Notes under the pieces: generated by a model
What the model saw: only the letters and a program-made list of their open reading frames with translations
What the model was told of the DNA's origin: nothing
Database searches by the model: none
Part shown: positions 63,119-64,000 of the stretch, piece by piece
Layout of the letters: each line of letters opens with the position of its first letter
Numbering within the stretch: the first letter of the stretch is position 1
Made by a program: the position numbers and the translations under genes
From: an uncultured Verrucomicrobiae bacterium
Lineage (GTDB): Bacteria; Verrucomicrobiota; Verrucomicrobiia; Limisphaerales; Palsa-1400
Reading direction: 5' to 3'
Assembly (NCBI GenBank): GCA_963702845.1
Contig: OY969763.1
Coordinates: 2,144,001 to 2,208,000, forward strand
DNA length: 64,000 nucleotides

Positions 63119-64000
63119 ATGGGTTTTCCCGTTGGTTTAAAGTCAATCGCCCGCCATAGCAAGTCTGTCAAATGCTTGCTGCTACTGACGTTGACACTTG
63201 CAACATCACTCAATATGTGGGCTCAAACACCGCCGCCGAATGACGATTATGCCAATCGGATTCAGCTCGTTGGGACCGATGTGACGTTCTCCGGTACAAC
63301 AGCCGGGGCAACCCAAGAAAATGGCGAAGACGTCCTAATGGCAAATGGTCTACTTCAGAACATTGGCTTACCCACAGTTTGGTGGTCATGGACAGCGCCT
63401 GTGTCCGGGCACGTGACCGTTGATTTATCCAGCTATTCGGATCCCCGCTTCAGGGACATGTTTAGTTTTGTAGCTTTGTGGAATATTATCAGTTGGTCCG
63501 ATCCGGACTTTCCCTATGCGCAGGGAACTACGGATTTTGGCAGAATACTTGGCCTGCCAGGTCATGCTCAATTCAGTTTTTATGCGGAAGCAGGGACAAA
63601 TTACGACATTCAGGTTTGCGCGCCTCCCTACGGCTCATTCACGTTTCACCTTGTAGAAACGAACACGCCGACAATTTTAGTGCAACCGCGCGACAGGGCC
63701 GTCGTGGTCGGCGACAGCACGTATTTTGGTGTGATACCAAGCTCGTTCGAGACATCGAAGTATCAATGGCGCTTCAACGGGGCTGACCTCGCGGGACAAA
63801 CACATGCGATTCTATCGGTTGATAATGTTGATTTGGCTATGGCGGGCAGTTACTCGGTCGTCGTCAGCAATGACTTTGGTTCGGTGGAAAGTTCCGCAGC
63901 AACGTTGATTGTTCGCACCAATTTTGTCGCGCCCACACTGATCGTAGCTGGAGTCAATGCTGACTCGACAGTTAACTTGGCGTTACGTGGAGAGCCCCTG
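63119..64000 (+). CDS. Secreted Ig-domain protein, runs off the right edge
   Basis: Manual translation: signal peptide, PPPNDDYANR...GATQENGE...VWWSWTAP, then PTILVQP...YQWRFNG...AGSYSVVVSN. Confidence 0.8.
   Translation, partial: MGFPVGLKSIARHSKSVKCLLLLTLTLATSLNMWAQTPPPNDDYANRIQLVGTDVTFSGTTAGATQENGEDVLMANGLLQNIGLPTVWWSWTAPVSGHVTVDLSSYSDPRFRDMFSFVALWNIISWSDPDFPYAQGTTDFGRILGLPGHAQFSFYAEAGTNYDIQVCAPPYGSFTFHLVETNTPTILVQPRDRAVVVGDSTYFGVIPSSFETSKYQWRFNGADLAGQTHAILSVDNVDLAMAGSYSVVVSNDFGSVESSAATLIVRTNFVAPTLIVAGVNADSTVNLALRGEPL

Overview
Bacterial chromosomal window of moderately high GC. The gene content suggests Verrucomicrobiota (Pedosphaera-like soil lineage), which is an inference. 1-38.6 kb is mostly ordinary: a giant 214-aa-repeat surface protein, rex/nadE, a Wza/Wzc pair, a redox/stress gene block, an egtB-egtD ergothioneine cluster with an ABC transporter, lepA-lepB, tRNA-Val, trmL-truA-ruvX-hemL-purH. 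Roughly 24.7-33.4 kb has many frameshifts that look like sequencing error. The standout is the ~16 kb between purH and the phosphoketolase gene xfp (38.7-54.7 kb). It holds four near-identical copies of a 107-bp module ending in an attI-like site (one copy truncated) plus a fifth diverged site. Each heads different cargo, mostly genuine attC-type gene cassettes. The units are interleaved with three displaced fragments of the xfp 3' end, an IS110 element inserted in an attC remnant, and an orphan Mu-like terminase pair. No integron integrase is visible in the window. The right end carries xfp-ackA, trxC, an aldo/keto reductase, a sulfatase-like membrane protein and the start of an Ig-domain protein.
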